In this document: positions 22,259 to 35,387 of the stretch, piece after piece | Position numbering within the stretch: position 1 is the first letter of the stretch | How the letters are laid out: the number at the start of each line of letters is the position of its first letter | DNA from: Paraphysomonas bandaiensis | Lineage: Eukaryota > Protista > Chrysophyceae | Assembly: GCA_965644295.1 (NCBI GenBank) | Contig: CBFFRP010000037.1 | Span: 1 to 61,895 of the forward strand | DNA: 61,895 bases | Reading direction: 5' to 3' | Translations under genes and position numbers: made by a program | The notes under the pieces: model-generated | What the model was told of the DNA's origin: nothing | The model's input: the letters and a program-made list of their open reading frames with translations, nothing else | Database searches by the model: none

Positions 22259-22859
22259 TTATTTACCAAGATTAGATGTTTTGCCTCTCGTCTGGTGAAA
22301 AGTTGTGTCCGGTCCAACCCCAAATCCTCTGGCCTGTACGAGCGTGCTTGTGGCCATTGCACGGCTTAATTTCGCATCATCTACCCTTCGTGTATGAACA
22401 ATGCTTTGAGTAGAGCCCATTATCTTATAAACAAGCATCATGTGTATACATAAATAATTAAGAAATATTCGCTTACAGATTTTTCCTCCGCAACACAAGA
22501 CTCCAGTGTCTTGATAACTAACTCTCTTTTTTCTTTCGTTTCAGCAAGATGTTTGCATAAAGCGTCATATCTGTTCAACGTGGTTCCATTATCACAGAAC
22601 ACTTCATCAAGCATCATCAGCACCTGCGCCGAATACTTTGAATCTGACTTTCCACATGAGCTAACTCCTTGCTATCCGCCTCAACTTGCTCCGTACAGCT
22701 CTTTCGTTTAGCAAGAGATCTTTGCGCCGTTTTATCGAGCTCCGTAATTTGATTTTTGGCATGTGCGGCTGGGTCTCGAACTGTGGTCTCTGACTGCAGC
22801 TGCACAAGAGTCTTCCTCTTGGGGGCGCCCTTCTTTGTCTTCTTACTATCTTGGCTCAT
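22259..22859 (-). CDS. Hypothetical small coiled-coil protein, three exons
   Basis: Three ORF segments join through GT-AG introns into a Lys/Glu/Gln-rich helical protein (..QSIRRR|YDALCK..AEEKS|IMGST..). No family recognised. Confidence 0.6.
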
Positions 22860-23172
22860 AGTATCGTGTTACACACCTCTACAATATGATAATCTGTGTC
22901 TTCTACTACACAGTGATATCTTGGAGGTGGTGTGTGTGTTAAGGGAGCTAGTTAGTCATATGGCTCACCTGTACGTGCTAAAAAGAAACGTCTACTGACA
23001 AAAATACGCACTACATAAACACACACATACAGGTAGAGTACAGTACTGTATTACGGATATACAGCAGTATGTATGCAGGTGGGTGACGGATGTAGTGTAC
23101 GGTGCGAACCGGATGTCTCATCAGCAGTGATATCTTCTTCAGTTTTCTGTGTTGTATTTCACGACTACACAC

Positions 23173-25397
23173 ATGAAACAAGACAGACAGACAGACGAGG
23201 GCTCAGCGGTGAAGCAGGAGACACGCTGTACACAGTTGGTGGTGTCGCATAGCCCTAACGATCGTATGCGCAAACTTGCAAGTACATCTTCTCCTCATAA
23301 GGTGAAAGAGCGGAGTGATGCCTCGCTCCCTTCCTCCTCACTGTCATCAGGAGCAGCGTACAGGGCGAGGAGGCAGACAGCGGCTGTTACTAACAGATCC
23401 GCTCTACTCCGGCGATCCAAGTCAGACACACAGAAGGTATGCACTCCTGTGAGTGTGGAGTGTTGTGACAGTGGTGATGTAGCAGAGGAGAGAGACATAC
23501 CCTCTTCGAGTGAGCTGTAAGGAGGGTCAGGGCCGGCCTCTTGCTGACGATACCTCACAAGTGGAACTGGGCAAGCGCTACGGGAACATGGTAACTACTG
23601 CACGAATTTACATGGACGCCTTGAATCATTGTACTATATTTCAACCATGCTGATACTCCCACAGGCAATGAGTGCGGTACTTCTTCAGAAAATGGTGGAT
23701 GAAATCGAACAGCGCTATATGCGAAATATCACACGTACAGTTGGGGCTGCTTGTACTCATCTTCTGTACGTATGTGACGGTGACGTTGTCTGGAACACCG
23801 GAGGGACATGGTGTAGAACTGGAGTTGATGTGGGGCTAGTCGGATTTTGCGCGAGGACTGGAGACACTGTGAATGTTGGCGATGTTAATTGTGATGACAG
23901 ATTTGATCCGTAAGTATGCATACTTTTATCATGCGTTTGCCTGTATTGATGATGTGAAAATTTTTGTTATGTTCATGTTTCACCCGACCTCATTGTGAAC
24001 TCATATTATAGCTATCGGGAAGTGGGCAATCTGCTCTAGCTTGTTCTCAAATCATATGCCTGAAACTTGACTTGAATCTGACGCTATATTGCAGGCGCAC
24101 TGATTGTGTGGAGGGTATGGATACAAGGAGTATACTCTGTTTTCCACTGCGCGCTAACAAGGGGACAGGGCCGCTAATAGGTGTTATTCGGTTGGTCAAT
24201 AAGCAGGGCCGCGACCCTGAATTCGACACTGGTGATGAGGCACTCATACAAGCGCTCATCAGCAATTCAACGGCCAAGTATGAAGCTGTGCGTAGTGCAC
24301 TGAGTAAAATCAATTATAAGATATGTGCGGTTGCGAAACCCATATTACCCACAGATGCAGCACCCAAGCGGGTTCGTGACATTCATGACGAACCGGTTTC
24401 CCCAGTTTCTAATAGCGCAAATTCCGTCACTCTTGCCCCAATATATCCACCATCACCAAACTCAGCTACTGGGCGGTCATCATTTGATTTTCCTGACTGC
24501 GACAGCGGACGCGGTTCTCCCAGCTTCCCCACTCCTGGACGCCTCCAGAGCAACAGCTATGGCAAACGCCCGTCGGTGCAAACCACAACTCAGTCACCTT
24601 TGTCCCAATCGCACTCCTCATCTCCTGTAGTAGGGTCTCCTCTCCCGGATTATTCTTTCGCTGGGTCTCCTAAGGCGAATTCACCTTTATCGGGAATAGT
24701 CGAGTCGATTACATCCCCAGGGCAACCGAACTCCATCGCCGCTCAACGTCTGAAAAATGCGCAAATCCATGCCACACTGAAGACCCAACTAGACTCAGAT
24801 TTGGTCGCTGAAACCGACGTGGGCATTGTGGGAGAAAGGTTAGAAGCTGAGGGTGTCTGTAAAGGGAGCTCTCCAGAAGAACTTCCGAAAATTTTCGACG
24901 CTGGTAATGAGGGCAGTGACTCGCCTAGGAATCTGACGGACGTGGATTTGTTACCTCGTTCTCCATCATGCCGTCCCAGTATTGCCCGGGCATTTTCCTT
25001 CGAGGCTAAAACGAAAACAACTTTCGAGAGTGGTAATAACCAATCGTCGAGCAGTAAACGAGAAAAGATGCGATCCTATGAGCAGCTTCTCAACTACAAC
25101 CGCAAACAGAGGCAGCGGCGTTGTGCAATGGCTCAGACTGAACTGAATAACTCAAACATGGTCCTCCGCTCTGTGAGTGCAGACTTTTATGATGCAGATG
25201 ATACCTTAGAGGACTGCGAGGCAACTCTGCCTTCTAGACGGGTAACAATCAGTGAAAGCTTGAGACTCAAAGGAAGTCAGGACGAGGAGGACAAAGCCAA
25301 GCGTGGGATAATCATTCGACGGGCAACTTATAATGGCTCCTCAGAAAATGCCGACCGTGACGCACACGGTGATTGCATTGATTTCACTGACTTGTGA
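23173..25397 (+). CDS. GAF-domain protein with a long Ser/Pro-rich tail, spliced
   Basis: GLVGFCARTGDTVNVGDV..DDRFDP|..TRSILCFPL..LIGVIRLVNKQ..F...DE is a typical GAF signature. The start and first exons are uncertain. Confidence 0.75.
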
Positions 25398-26259
25398 TAT
25401 CTCCTCTTTTTACCACTTGCGATTTTAGTTCGTTTCGTGATGACATGATGAACTTGAATATTCCCGAAGGTGGAACGGCAAGTCTGTGCAATACATCGTA
25501 GATGTCCACATTATTTATGTTACTTTTTATTATTGTGGCGCAACATCAGTTAGCTACTCTTTACTCATCAGGTTGGTGTATGTTATTATTCATCAGGTTG
25601 GTGGACGTCATTATTTTGTGATAGTAATATACAATGTTTACTATATAGAGCAGAGGTAAAGTGTAGATTACATGCATCGTAATGTTTGTTGTCTGTCACA
25701 TGTTCTTGCTGATATCCTGGCTTTGTGTGAGCAGGAAGTAAACTATAAAACATAAATATAAATTTGTTCACATGATATTTCTGATTTTATTTATGGAATT
25801 TTTCTCACTGTAGCCTACACTGAGGTGCACGATGTTATTTTTCTCCACACAGAGCAACCGTCATCATCTACACACGCTAAGAGCTTATTGGTGAAAGACT
25901 ATAATATCCATAGGATTATCTCACAGAGTAATTCATTTAATTAATTAGCGATAGGAGCGACAAATTGGCACCAGAAGTCATTGCACGAGTGTTATTTGAG
26001 AAAGTAAATTATGATAATAACAACGAAGAGGCTGCAATAGAGATTTGTCCTGCAGGAAAGGGGCTCCACATTTTCCGTGATTGATCGCTACTTGCTTCTA
26101 ATCATATGCGATCATTTGAGTTTGGTTCCGATGTGTTAAAAGTCTAATTGTAAGACTATCCACTTATATACAGAGTATATACATGTATATTATGCCCTGC
26201 ATTATAAAAATAAGTGTTGTACAATTACAGAAGTAAGGTTAACACCAGCTTGACTTCCA

Positions 26260-26865
26260 CGACGTTTGCACATTGATTGACGAACCCTTCATAATGCACC
26301 CGATTGTTGAGCGTCATCTGGGCGACGGTGCTGCTATTATTCATAACGCTGCTTTCGAAAAGGCAGTCGTGAAGATTCAATGTGGCAACGAAGCCGTAAC
26401 TCGGACGGCAAAGGATCAAACTAAAATATATTTGTTCGATGAGGAAGAAGAAGATTATGACGGTGCGAGTCTAGCTCCGAATGACGACGCAGCGCAACGT
26501 TTGTTTGATGGTAGCAGGCAGCGGAAGCGAGCAAGACTTAACCAGCAAACTCGTTACGGATGAAACACTTGCATAGCACAACCAATAAGGTTGAGAGGTT
26601 GTTCAGTAGAGCTACGATTGTTATGACGGGTTTGCTCAAGAGCTTTACTCCTCAACATTTAGTGCTAATTATGTTTTTACGCATAAATCGTTGCCTCTAG
26701 AATGAAATGACAGTTGAGGTAGCTATATTCGCAGCTAGTGTATTTTAGTACTAAATAATTGCAATTAATTGCAATAGTTGAAATTGAGACAGCAAGTAAT
26801 AATTGCAATTATAATTGACTACAACCTGCGTCAATTAATTGACAATTAATTGATACGCAGCTCTG
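26260..26865 (+). mobile_element. hAT transposase 3' remnant with right terminus
   Basis: IIHNAAFEKAVVKIQ and TNKVERLFSRA..MFLRINR (hAT C-terminal motif), CAATTAATTG subterminal repeats, end GCTCTG followed by ATATGCAT. Confidence 0.7.
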
Positions 26866-26921
26866 ATATGCATACTTTGAGCGTGGCTTTCTTGACCTGC
26901 TTTTTGCTTGATCATTCTTAC

Positions 26922-27110
26922 TGAAAGTCTTTTTATTTAGCAATAGGCGTTAAAAACTCGTTCCGATACAGCGGCTAGTTGAATGCTAGATCTACTAGTT
27001 AGACCTCTACCCATAACTAATCAGCACAAATTCTATTATCCTACTATTTAGCGCTACAGAAGCTGCTTGTGCGTCGCCGCAAGCACCAAGGTGCAACCAC
27101 TTCCGTTCTT
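26922..27110 (-). mobile_element. LINE 3'-tail fragment, about 190 bp
   Basis: Near-identical to the reverse complement of ~29980-30170. Confidence 0.9.
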
Positions 27111-27964
27111 ATATCTCTCTCACATATATAAGCATTTCGTTTTCGGAGTGTTCACCTTTAGATATAGATATTGAATGTCTGATTATTAAGAAGCGCAAGC
27201 TTGAGCGTCACCGCGACCAACCTAACAACTCGCGCGACACTAAGCATAACATGACTCTCATCTATAGTTACTATTGCATGAACCGACAAGTGCTTAACTA
27301 TACAACACGATGTAGTTAGCTACATGGGCATACGACGAGTTGCGTGTTTAAGCCGGATCATACGCTCCTGCCTAATCTACTTGTCCTATAACACAAAACA
27401 CAAACAACTAGCGGTCGGTGTCTTCGGCATAATATGTCTTCTGTATATGCGGCAGATCTTTAGGGCCCTCTTCAAGGTGGTGTTCACAGCAGCAGGTAGT
27501 CTGGAGGGGAGAGTAGAGTAGCTCTAGCGCCGGGTCCTCCCACTGTCACGAAGCAGTCTCACTGGTGCAATTTTGCACATTGACGCTTAATACAGACATC
27601 TACCAAAATCTGTTACAAATACAAGCTGACTCCAATAATGTCTTCCATTATTGTGTGCACTCGTCCAGCACATGCATCCACCTTGCACTCTTCTCCCGAG
27701 TGACTTATACACTACTAGTAAGAAACCGTGCACCTTCCCCGCTCGGATGAAAACCTACTGAGCAAGAATAACATAAAAGCACCACAAATGTACCTGACAC
27801 TGCTTGTGGAGAACTATTATACAATAATATCTCAATGACCTGGGTCAGGAGAAACCAAGACTAGGCAGTAGACGTGTGAGGAGACATGACAGGTCTGATC
27901 ACATCATTGCCATTGCCTTGCATCCATGAGGAAAGTTTGACGCATTACATCGGTCATTGGCCAC

Positions 27965-28115
27965 ACAGAGAGCGAAAGTTGTTGCACCTTGGTGCTTGCG
28001 GTGATTTTGTATTGCTATTAGTACGATATCAAAGTTAAGTGCTATATAGTTAGTTAAATAAGTTTCGACTCTTACACGCCTATTGCTTGCCAATAATCAG
28101 ACATATTCATTAGTA
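27965..28115 (+). mobile_element. Diverged LINE/SINE 3' tail; upstream 27250-27965 may be decayed LINE body
   Basis: GTTGCACCTTGGTGCTTGCGG and ACGCCTATTGCT motifs, resembling the tail variant at 20650-20800. Confidence 0.6.
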
Positions 28116-28452
28116 CTTCACAAAATTCTTCCTTACACATGTTTCAAACTGCAGTGACGCATGATCCCCATAATGTCTTTCTTCTGAACCGCAATTTTTC
28201 CTCCACAGTCATATATATTTACAACAATCTCAATGTTGGCCACAGTCAAGTTCACTGCACCGCACTCATCAAATTGTGGAAGTAATTTCCAGTTTGACCT
28301 ATACCTTCCGCTACCATAATGGTAAGTTTTACTAGATGCTTAGTCTGTAGCCTATTGGATATTGAATGCAAAATGGGATTTTACATGTAAAAACTCTATA
28401 AAATGACGAGAACGACGGTAGCTCGATTACTTATTATATAATAATATATATC

Positions 28453-30170
28453 TTATACTGTCTGCGCGACTCCCATCACACATACCGATACACACGGACT
28501 GTAAGGCCGTCTGCATACGCACACACGAAGCACTTTCCACCAGACGTCGGGCACTGGGGCATCGTGCCAAAGGTGTACTGCTCGAAAGCATTGCAGCAAA
28601 CAACGATTGTATACAAGGACAGTAGCATGGGTCCGATCATACCCCGAACGACGTACCTCTGATGAGTCTGAATGGACAGATGAAGACAAAGGAATTTACA
28701 TTGCCGACGCAGTAGCAGGAGAGGACTGGCTTGAGGTAGATAGACTACTCGGACGACAAAATTACACTGTGTCTGTAACACAGAAGTGGACCAAGCCATT
28801 GAGAGAATACTCACCGAGGGTTTATGGCACTGGCGTCTAACTGGGGAACGACGACCGTATCGCACTAGCCCCCTGCTCACGGATTTCCAATCCCTCCGTA
28901 ATCAACGGACGCTGGAGGCCTACACAGCTCTCCGAGACCAACGCTACGGTCACAATCCTGACCGGGCTCCTGGATACTGGAAAGACAGCGGAGCACTACT
29001 TCCGCGCAAACTGGCGCAAGCAGATGGTGGACTATCAAAGGACAAAGTGAGTTCCCACCTGCGCCAGCGAGTACTCAATGCAGCACTGACATGGGACAAA
29101 TCCTTCAGCATAGGAAGAAACCGGGCGAAAACCAAACACGGACTCGACATGGCTAAAGCCGCATGTTCTGACTGCGGATTTAGACTAGACTCACTCAAGC
29201 ATATGTGTCTAGACTGTACAAACGACAACATAACGCAGATAAGGGAGTCTGCATTTCACAGCTACAAAAACGCGCTTCAAGAAGAAATGAGAAATCCGGA
29301 ACTACCCCAATGGACCACCACTGTACTCCAGCGACTCTCCAGCAGGGCCTGGAACCCTTCCGTGCCACAGGTGGAGAGATTCTGGACGGGTACCATCACA
29401 ACTACACAGCTTGAAATGGTTTTTGGAGATCACATCCATGAGTCACTGACATCCCAAGGACTGCGCAGCATCGAATCAGCAATCATCAAATTACTTCTAC
29501 CGCTTTTCGCTGCAGCAAAGCTAATGCTCCAAGATCGAAGTAGAAGATACGTTACCCTACAGAAAGGTCCCCCAAGGCTACTACCGCGGCCGCGTCCAAA
29601 ACACAGACAGAAATGGAAACTCCCAAGGGTGCTAAGATTACTAGGAATCCACAGACGAACCGAGACTGGAACACCGCCCACCGCACATATGAACCCTACC
29701 AACCATACACAAAGGACCATAGCACCGGACCGTATGAAACCATCAGGACCTAGACAACGGCGACGACGTCTCCGGCAACTCCACCTATGCCCAACGCCCA
29801 GACGGTGCATGGCGACACCGCCACATTCCACCACACCATCAACCTCTCAGTACACACATCTAGTGCTCGGTACACTCAGGACCTTAATACAGAACCCTGT
29901 ACCCCAGAGCCTGGGGGAACCTTATCCCAAGGGGAGACCCCCGGACAACACACGAGCAGGGCGAACTCACACACAACATCAAGAACGGAAGTGGTTGCAC
30001 CTTGGTGCTTGCGGCAACGCACAAGTAGCTTCTGTAGCGCTAAATAGTAGGATAATAGAATTTGTGCTGATTAGTTATGGGTAGAGGTCTAACTAGTAGA
30101 ACTAGCATTCAACTAGCCACTGTATCGGAACGAGTTTTTAACGCCTATTGCTAAATAAAAAGACCTTCAA
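28453..30170 (+). mobile_element. 5'-truncated non-LTR retrotransposon with RNase H and CCHC zinc motif, frameshifted
   Basis: RNase H motifs IHTDCK and WVRSYPE..GIYIADAVA, CSDC-x8-H-x4-C zinc motif, and a conserved 3' tail ending CGCCTATTGCTAAATAAAAAGACCTTCAATA. Confidence 0.85.
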
Positions 30171-30396
30171 TATAACTAGCTATATCTTCAACTAAACAAC
30201 TAGTTAGAGTGTTGTATAGTACTTCTAAAGTTGTACTAATAGTATCTAGTTAGTTTAGGTACTATATGTATCTCTGCATGCAACCGTACTCATGTAATAA
30301 TCAGACTTTCATATAATATATGTATCATAAGAAGTTGTAAATCAAAATAAATAGCGAGAAAAATTGAAGCTAATTGAACTGACTAATAGTTACTTT

Positions 30397-31424
30397 TTAT
30401 TCCAAGTAGTCGTCATTATCACCTTGCCACACATCAACCTCATCGTCTCCCTTTACAACTAAATCATCAACTTCTACATCAGTATCATCCTCTTCATACT
30501 CAGCTAAGTGTATAACATGAGAATACACACCCTTCTCACGATATCTAAATTCTTGTTCTAACTCACGACATCTAATTCGGGCATGGACCAACTTGTCCAT
30601 TACTCTCCCACATTTGACGTTCAGATATTCTACACTCAATGCGCTTATTACATTCCAAACGACGCTTAAGGTAAATGCGACGCTTATTTGTGATACTTGC
30701 ACTTTCACGACGAAGGCACAGCGTACGTATTTTTCCAAACGGAAACCCATTTTGGTCATTAGCTGATAATGTGTAACCTCAAGGTTGTGGACATCCTTAA
30801 ACCACTTCTGTATATCCAGCAACTCTACTGCTCTACCTTCCTCACTTCTGATACGCCAAACCTTATGTAACTTAGAAGATTAATAGCCTTGAAGGGATTC
30901 ATTACCTCTGCTCGTATAGGACCTGTCCAATCTGAGTTAATGTATTTCATGCGCCCCGGATATATTGATTCATAGCTGCTATGAGGAAGTGTAGTACCCA
31001 TGTTATCAACCCATTCTTTCCATAGGCTGTATAGCGTACTAACGCCAATACCTAAATAGTCGCTAGCGCGATTCATGACGTCAGTAATACTTCTCAATTG
31101 ATGGCCGTTATAGAAGTCATGACGCATGCACCAAATTAACCTCAAATACATGCTTTAATCATCCATATACAGAGAAGTACCACTGCAGCGACTACAGGGA
31201 CATATAAATTCCAATGGGCCCGCCTTTGGCTCAGATGGAGTGAAGTTAGGGGCAGCATAGCGATGGGGTCTGCTAGGGGTCTTAACGGCAATCTCGGAGG
31301 CAATTTCAGGGTTTAAATCACATAAACGAATGCTTCGACACCCCTCCTGGAATATTTTGGCCTTATTCTTTGATCCTGGGGGTCTACTATGCTTAATTCG
31401 AGGTGTAGTGGTCTCATTTACCAC
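30397..31424 (-). pseudogene. Tc1/IS630-like transposase remnant (HTH region and acidic tail, DDE core absent), unit 1
   Basis: HTH-like RASDYLGIGVSTLYSLWKEW; a 44-nt intron at 30862-30905 restores the frame to ..LLDIQKWF..LMTKMGF; in-frame TAA at 31155-31157; no DDE motifs. Confidence 0.55.
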
Positions 31425-32035
31425 TATGTCTCCATCAGCCTCAGAGTGATCTTGAAGGGACTTCTTTCACATAATAATTTTTTCCTCGACATCTAGGAGC
31501 CCCTGAGAGTAGCGGAGGGTATGGTCAGGTAGCCGAGAGCGTGCTCTACGATGTTATGCTATTTGGGGTCGTATGGCTTCAAGCTGAATATACAGTGTAT
31601 TCTGCAGGTGGGAAGATCGTCCTCGAGTTCCCTCCTCCAAAAAAAAACAACATTTTTGATTTTTGAGTGCCCATATCTCACGACACAGACATCGTCACCA
31701 TAAAGTCATAACGAAATGTTCAGCATTAAATGGACTATTTCGTGTTAAAATCACAGTATTTCGATTACTGAAACGAAAAAGTTATGGAATTAAATATAAA
31801 AGACACTTTTTCATGATTTTTTTCATGATTTTTGGCCTTTCTCTTCAGCGAATTGTCATCACTCGTAATACCAGGGTAAAACCCTGTTTGTTTATGTGTC
31901 TATGTTTATTCTTTTCTCTTTTAGCCACTCGTAGGCTAATAATTAATATTATTTTGGTTTTATCCACAGCCGAAGCTAGCATCATATGTCGTCAAAAACC
32001 GAGGCATTCGTGCTTTGAAAAGTTTTCCCTCGAAA

Positions 32036-33325
32036 ATGAGCAACCTTTTGACCATTTTATTGATGTTCGTATATATGCTACATCCATACTTCAAAGTGAA
32101 TGGATTTTCGAAACATCTGAAATGGATGGCAGAGCTTTCTCCCGAAGGAACGGTGGTCGCGAGAGGGTCGAGAAACGTTGTTTTCTTGAGTAATTCGTCC
32201 AATTATGTTGTACGGGTGTCAGTATCTTCTCCAAATCTGGAGAAAGCTATAGAGGTAAATATTACGAATTTGTGGGAAGGGATTGGATTGTCCTGTGTAA
32301 ATGTCAATGACTCATTCTGCACTTTATTACAACGTCTGTCCAGCGATGTCGTTGTATTGGACTTCAGTAATAACATTGGCATCTGGGTATATCCGTCTCA
32401 TGAGGCTGAAAACGAGCACGAGCAAGCTTGGAAATATTCCTCCACCCCCGGGCTGGCTTTAGCGACGCCGCCGTCGCCTCTGAACTACGATTATGTATTG
32501 AATACAGAACTGATTATTGGTAACGACCGATTTCCCTTGACATGTCACATTGAGTTCGCAGCAAAGTATATGGGACATATTCAGGACAAACAGCATTGGA
32601 TCGAAACGGACTTCTTGAGTCTAATTCATGATATCTTCTATGATCAGAGCCGGATGTTGAATTCCTTTAACACATACCACACTGACTGCCACCCTTTGAA
32701 TATTTTGTATATCACTGATATTCATAACGTAACACATTTCGTTTGGAACGACTTTGGATATTCAAATGGAAGCAGGTCGATGGGTTCTGAGGACATGTCG
32801 ACACGCCTCCATCCCCAGTACTTGGTGAGTATAGAAAATGTGCTGGACACTCTGATATTTCAGGCGAATCGAAACGAGTATAAAAACATAATCAAAGCTA
32901 TGGAATATATCAAGCTTTCTCATACTAAACGAAGTGGCACGTCTCCGTCGATTTATTTCAGTGAAATGCTGAGTATTATTCAGAATACAGTCTTGCAATT
33001 TGATAGCGCCACCTTAAATGCTTTCTTCAAAGAGGGCCCACGGGGATTCTTCATCCCCTATGTGAATAGGGAGCTCAATCGATTGCGCGAGGAAAACGAA
33101 GCGCAAAATCAGAAAATCGAAGCGCAAAATCAGATAATCGAAGCGCAAAATCAGATAATCGAAGCGCAAAATCAGAAAATCGATCGCCTGACTGAGGACA
33201 TCCGTTTCCTGCATGCGGGAATGGAAACGATGAAAAAAATATTAATTGAACAAGCGTTTTCGAGGAAGGATGTTGCCGAAGAAGATCCTGTACCTGGCAC
33301 TGACGCTTTCGCGCACGAACTGTAG
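32036..33325 (+). CDS. Signal-peptide atypical protein-kinase-like protein with 4 EAQNQxI heptads (unit 1)
   Basis: Hydrophobic leader LLTILLMFVYML..VNG, G-loop-like VVARGSRNVVF, catalytic-loop-like HTDCHPLNIL, DFG, coiled-coil tail. Confidence 0.7.
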   Translation: MSNLLTILLMFVYMLHPYFKVNGFSKHLKWMAELSPEGTVVARGSRNVVFLSNSSNYVVRVSVSSPNLEKAIEVNITNLWEGIGLSCVNVNDSFCTLLQRLSSDVVVLDFSNNIGIWVYPSHEAENEHEQAWKYSSTPGLALATPPSPLNYDYVLNTELIIGNDRFPLTCHIEFAAKYMGHIQDKQHWIETDFLSLIHDIFYDQSRMLNSFNTYHTDCHPLNILYITDIHNVTHFVWNDFGYSNGSRSMGSEDMSTRLHPQYLVSIENVLDTLIFQANRNEYKNIIKAMEYIKLSHTKRSGTSPSIYFSEMLSIIQNTVLQFDSATLNAFFKEGPRGFFIPYVNRELNRLREENEAQNQKIEAQNQIIEAQNQIIEAQNQKIDRLTEDIRFLHAGMETMKKILIEQAFSRKDVAEEDPVPGTDAFAHEL

Positions 33326-34290
33326 ATGCAGCCGGTGATGACGAAAGTGTATAATATGTACCTACAATTGCTTCACTTACAACCCCTGCTAGAACTATCC
33401 TTGATGTTGTGCGTACACATACGACGCCATTGGCTAGCTTCCTTCCCCATTGATGTGATGGCATATTCACTGATTGGTATACTTTGTCGCGGATGAGAAA
33501 GATGAGCATGTTATGAATGATGCAGTTTTGTAGTTTTATAGCTAATTTATCATATTATGACTATTGCAGTAGTTAGAGTAAGTAGTTATGAGGATTTATG
33601 ATTGAAGATACATAGATGGAAGAGAGCAGTTATGTCTGAGATAGGCCGAGTTGCGATACGGAGTGAGCAAACATGAGTGCAATCTGTGTTTTTGGGATAT
33701 ATTCTGGTAATGAGCGTGATATGAATTGTTGTGAGCATGATATGATATTAATTATTAGTGGATATATTATGAGGGTTATTTATTTGGCCATTCTAGTCAG
33801 TCAATGGCAATTCATAATGATATTTGGTTATTTATTTATTGATTATATTTATTTGCTATTTATTTTTATTTGACTGAAAACCCTCAAATATTCACAAAAG
33901 TGTTATGCTTAATAAGGTGCTGCTTCTGTAGCGCTAAATAGTAGGATAATAGAATTTGTGCTGATTAGTTATGGGTAGAGGTCTAACTAGTAGAACTAGC
34001 ATTCAACTAGCCACTGTATCGGAACGAGTTTTTAACGCCTATTGCTAAATAAAAAGACCTTCAATATAACTAGCTATATCTTCAACTAAACAACTAGTTA
34101 GAGTGTTGTATAGTACTTCAAAAGTTGTACTAATAGTATCTAGTTAGTTTAGGTACTATATGTATCTCTGCATGCAACCGTACTCATGTAATAATCAGAC
34201 TTTCATATACTATATGTATCATAAGAAGTTGTAAATCAAAATAAATAGCGTGAAAAATTGAAGCTAATTGAACTGACTAATAGTTACTTT

Positions 34291-35387
34291 TTATTCCAAG
34301 TAGTCGTCATTATCACCTTGCCACACATCAACCTCATCGTCTCCCTTTACAACTAAATCATCAACTTCCACATCAGTATCATCCTCTTCATACTCAGCTA
34401 AGTGTATAACATGAGAATACACACCCTTCTCACGATATCTAAATTCTTGTTCTAACTCACGACATCTAATTCGGGCATGGACCAACTTGTCCATTACTCT
34501 CCCACATTTGACGTTCAGATATTCTACACTCAATGCGCTTATTACATTCCAAACGACGCTTAAGGTAAATGCGACGCTTATTTGTGATACTTGCACTTTC
34601 ACGACGAAGGCACAGCGTACGTATTTTTCCAAACGGAAACCCATTTTGGTCATTAGCTGATAATGTGTAACCTCAAGGTTGTGGACATCCTTAAACCACT
34701 TCTGTATATCCAGCAACTCTACTGCTCTACCTTCCTCACTTCTGATACGCCAAACCTTATGTAACTTAGAAGATTAATAGCCTTGAAGGGATTCATTACC
34801 TCTGCTCGTATAGGACCTGTCCAATCTGAGTTAATGTATTTCATGCGCCCCGGATATATTGATTCATAGCTGCTATGAGGAAGTGTAGTACCCATGTTAT
34901 CAACCCATTCTTTCCATAGGCTGTATAGCGTACTAACGCCAATACCTAAATAGTCGCTAGCGCGATTCATGACGTCAGTAATACTTCTCAATTGATGGCC
35001 GTTATAGAAGTCATGACGCATGCACCAAATTAACCTCAAATACATGCTTTAATCATCCATATACAGAGAAGTACCACTGCAGCGACTACAGGGACATATA
35101 AATTCCAATGGGCCCGCCTTTGGCTCAGATGGAGTGAAGTTAGGGGCAGCATAGCGATGGGGTCTGCTAGGGGTCTTAACGGCAATCTCGGAGGCAATTT
35201 CAGGGTTTAAATCACATAAACGAATGCTTCGACACCCCTCCTGGAATATTTTGGCCTTATTCTTTGATCCTGGGGGTCTACTATGCTTAATTCGAGGTGT
35301 AGTGGTCTCATTTACCACTATGTCTCCATCAGCCTCAGAGTGATCTTGAAGGGACTCTCTTCCGCATAATAATTTTTTCCTCGACAT
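34291..35387 (-). pseudogene. Tc1/IS630-like transposase remnant, unit 2
   Basis: Copy of 30397-31424. Confidence 0.55.

Noticed and set aside
31663-32193. 176-aa ORF and other short ORFs repeated in each array unit
   Set aside because: Non-ATG starts, overlap with the kinase ORF or AT-rich spacer, and no motifs; they repeat only because the DNA does.
32015-33325. Fanzor/TnpB nuclease beside a Tc1/IS630-like transposase
   Set aside because: No RuvC motifs or CxxC zinc ribbon; the motifs are kinase-like instead.
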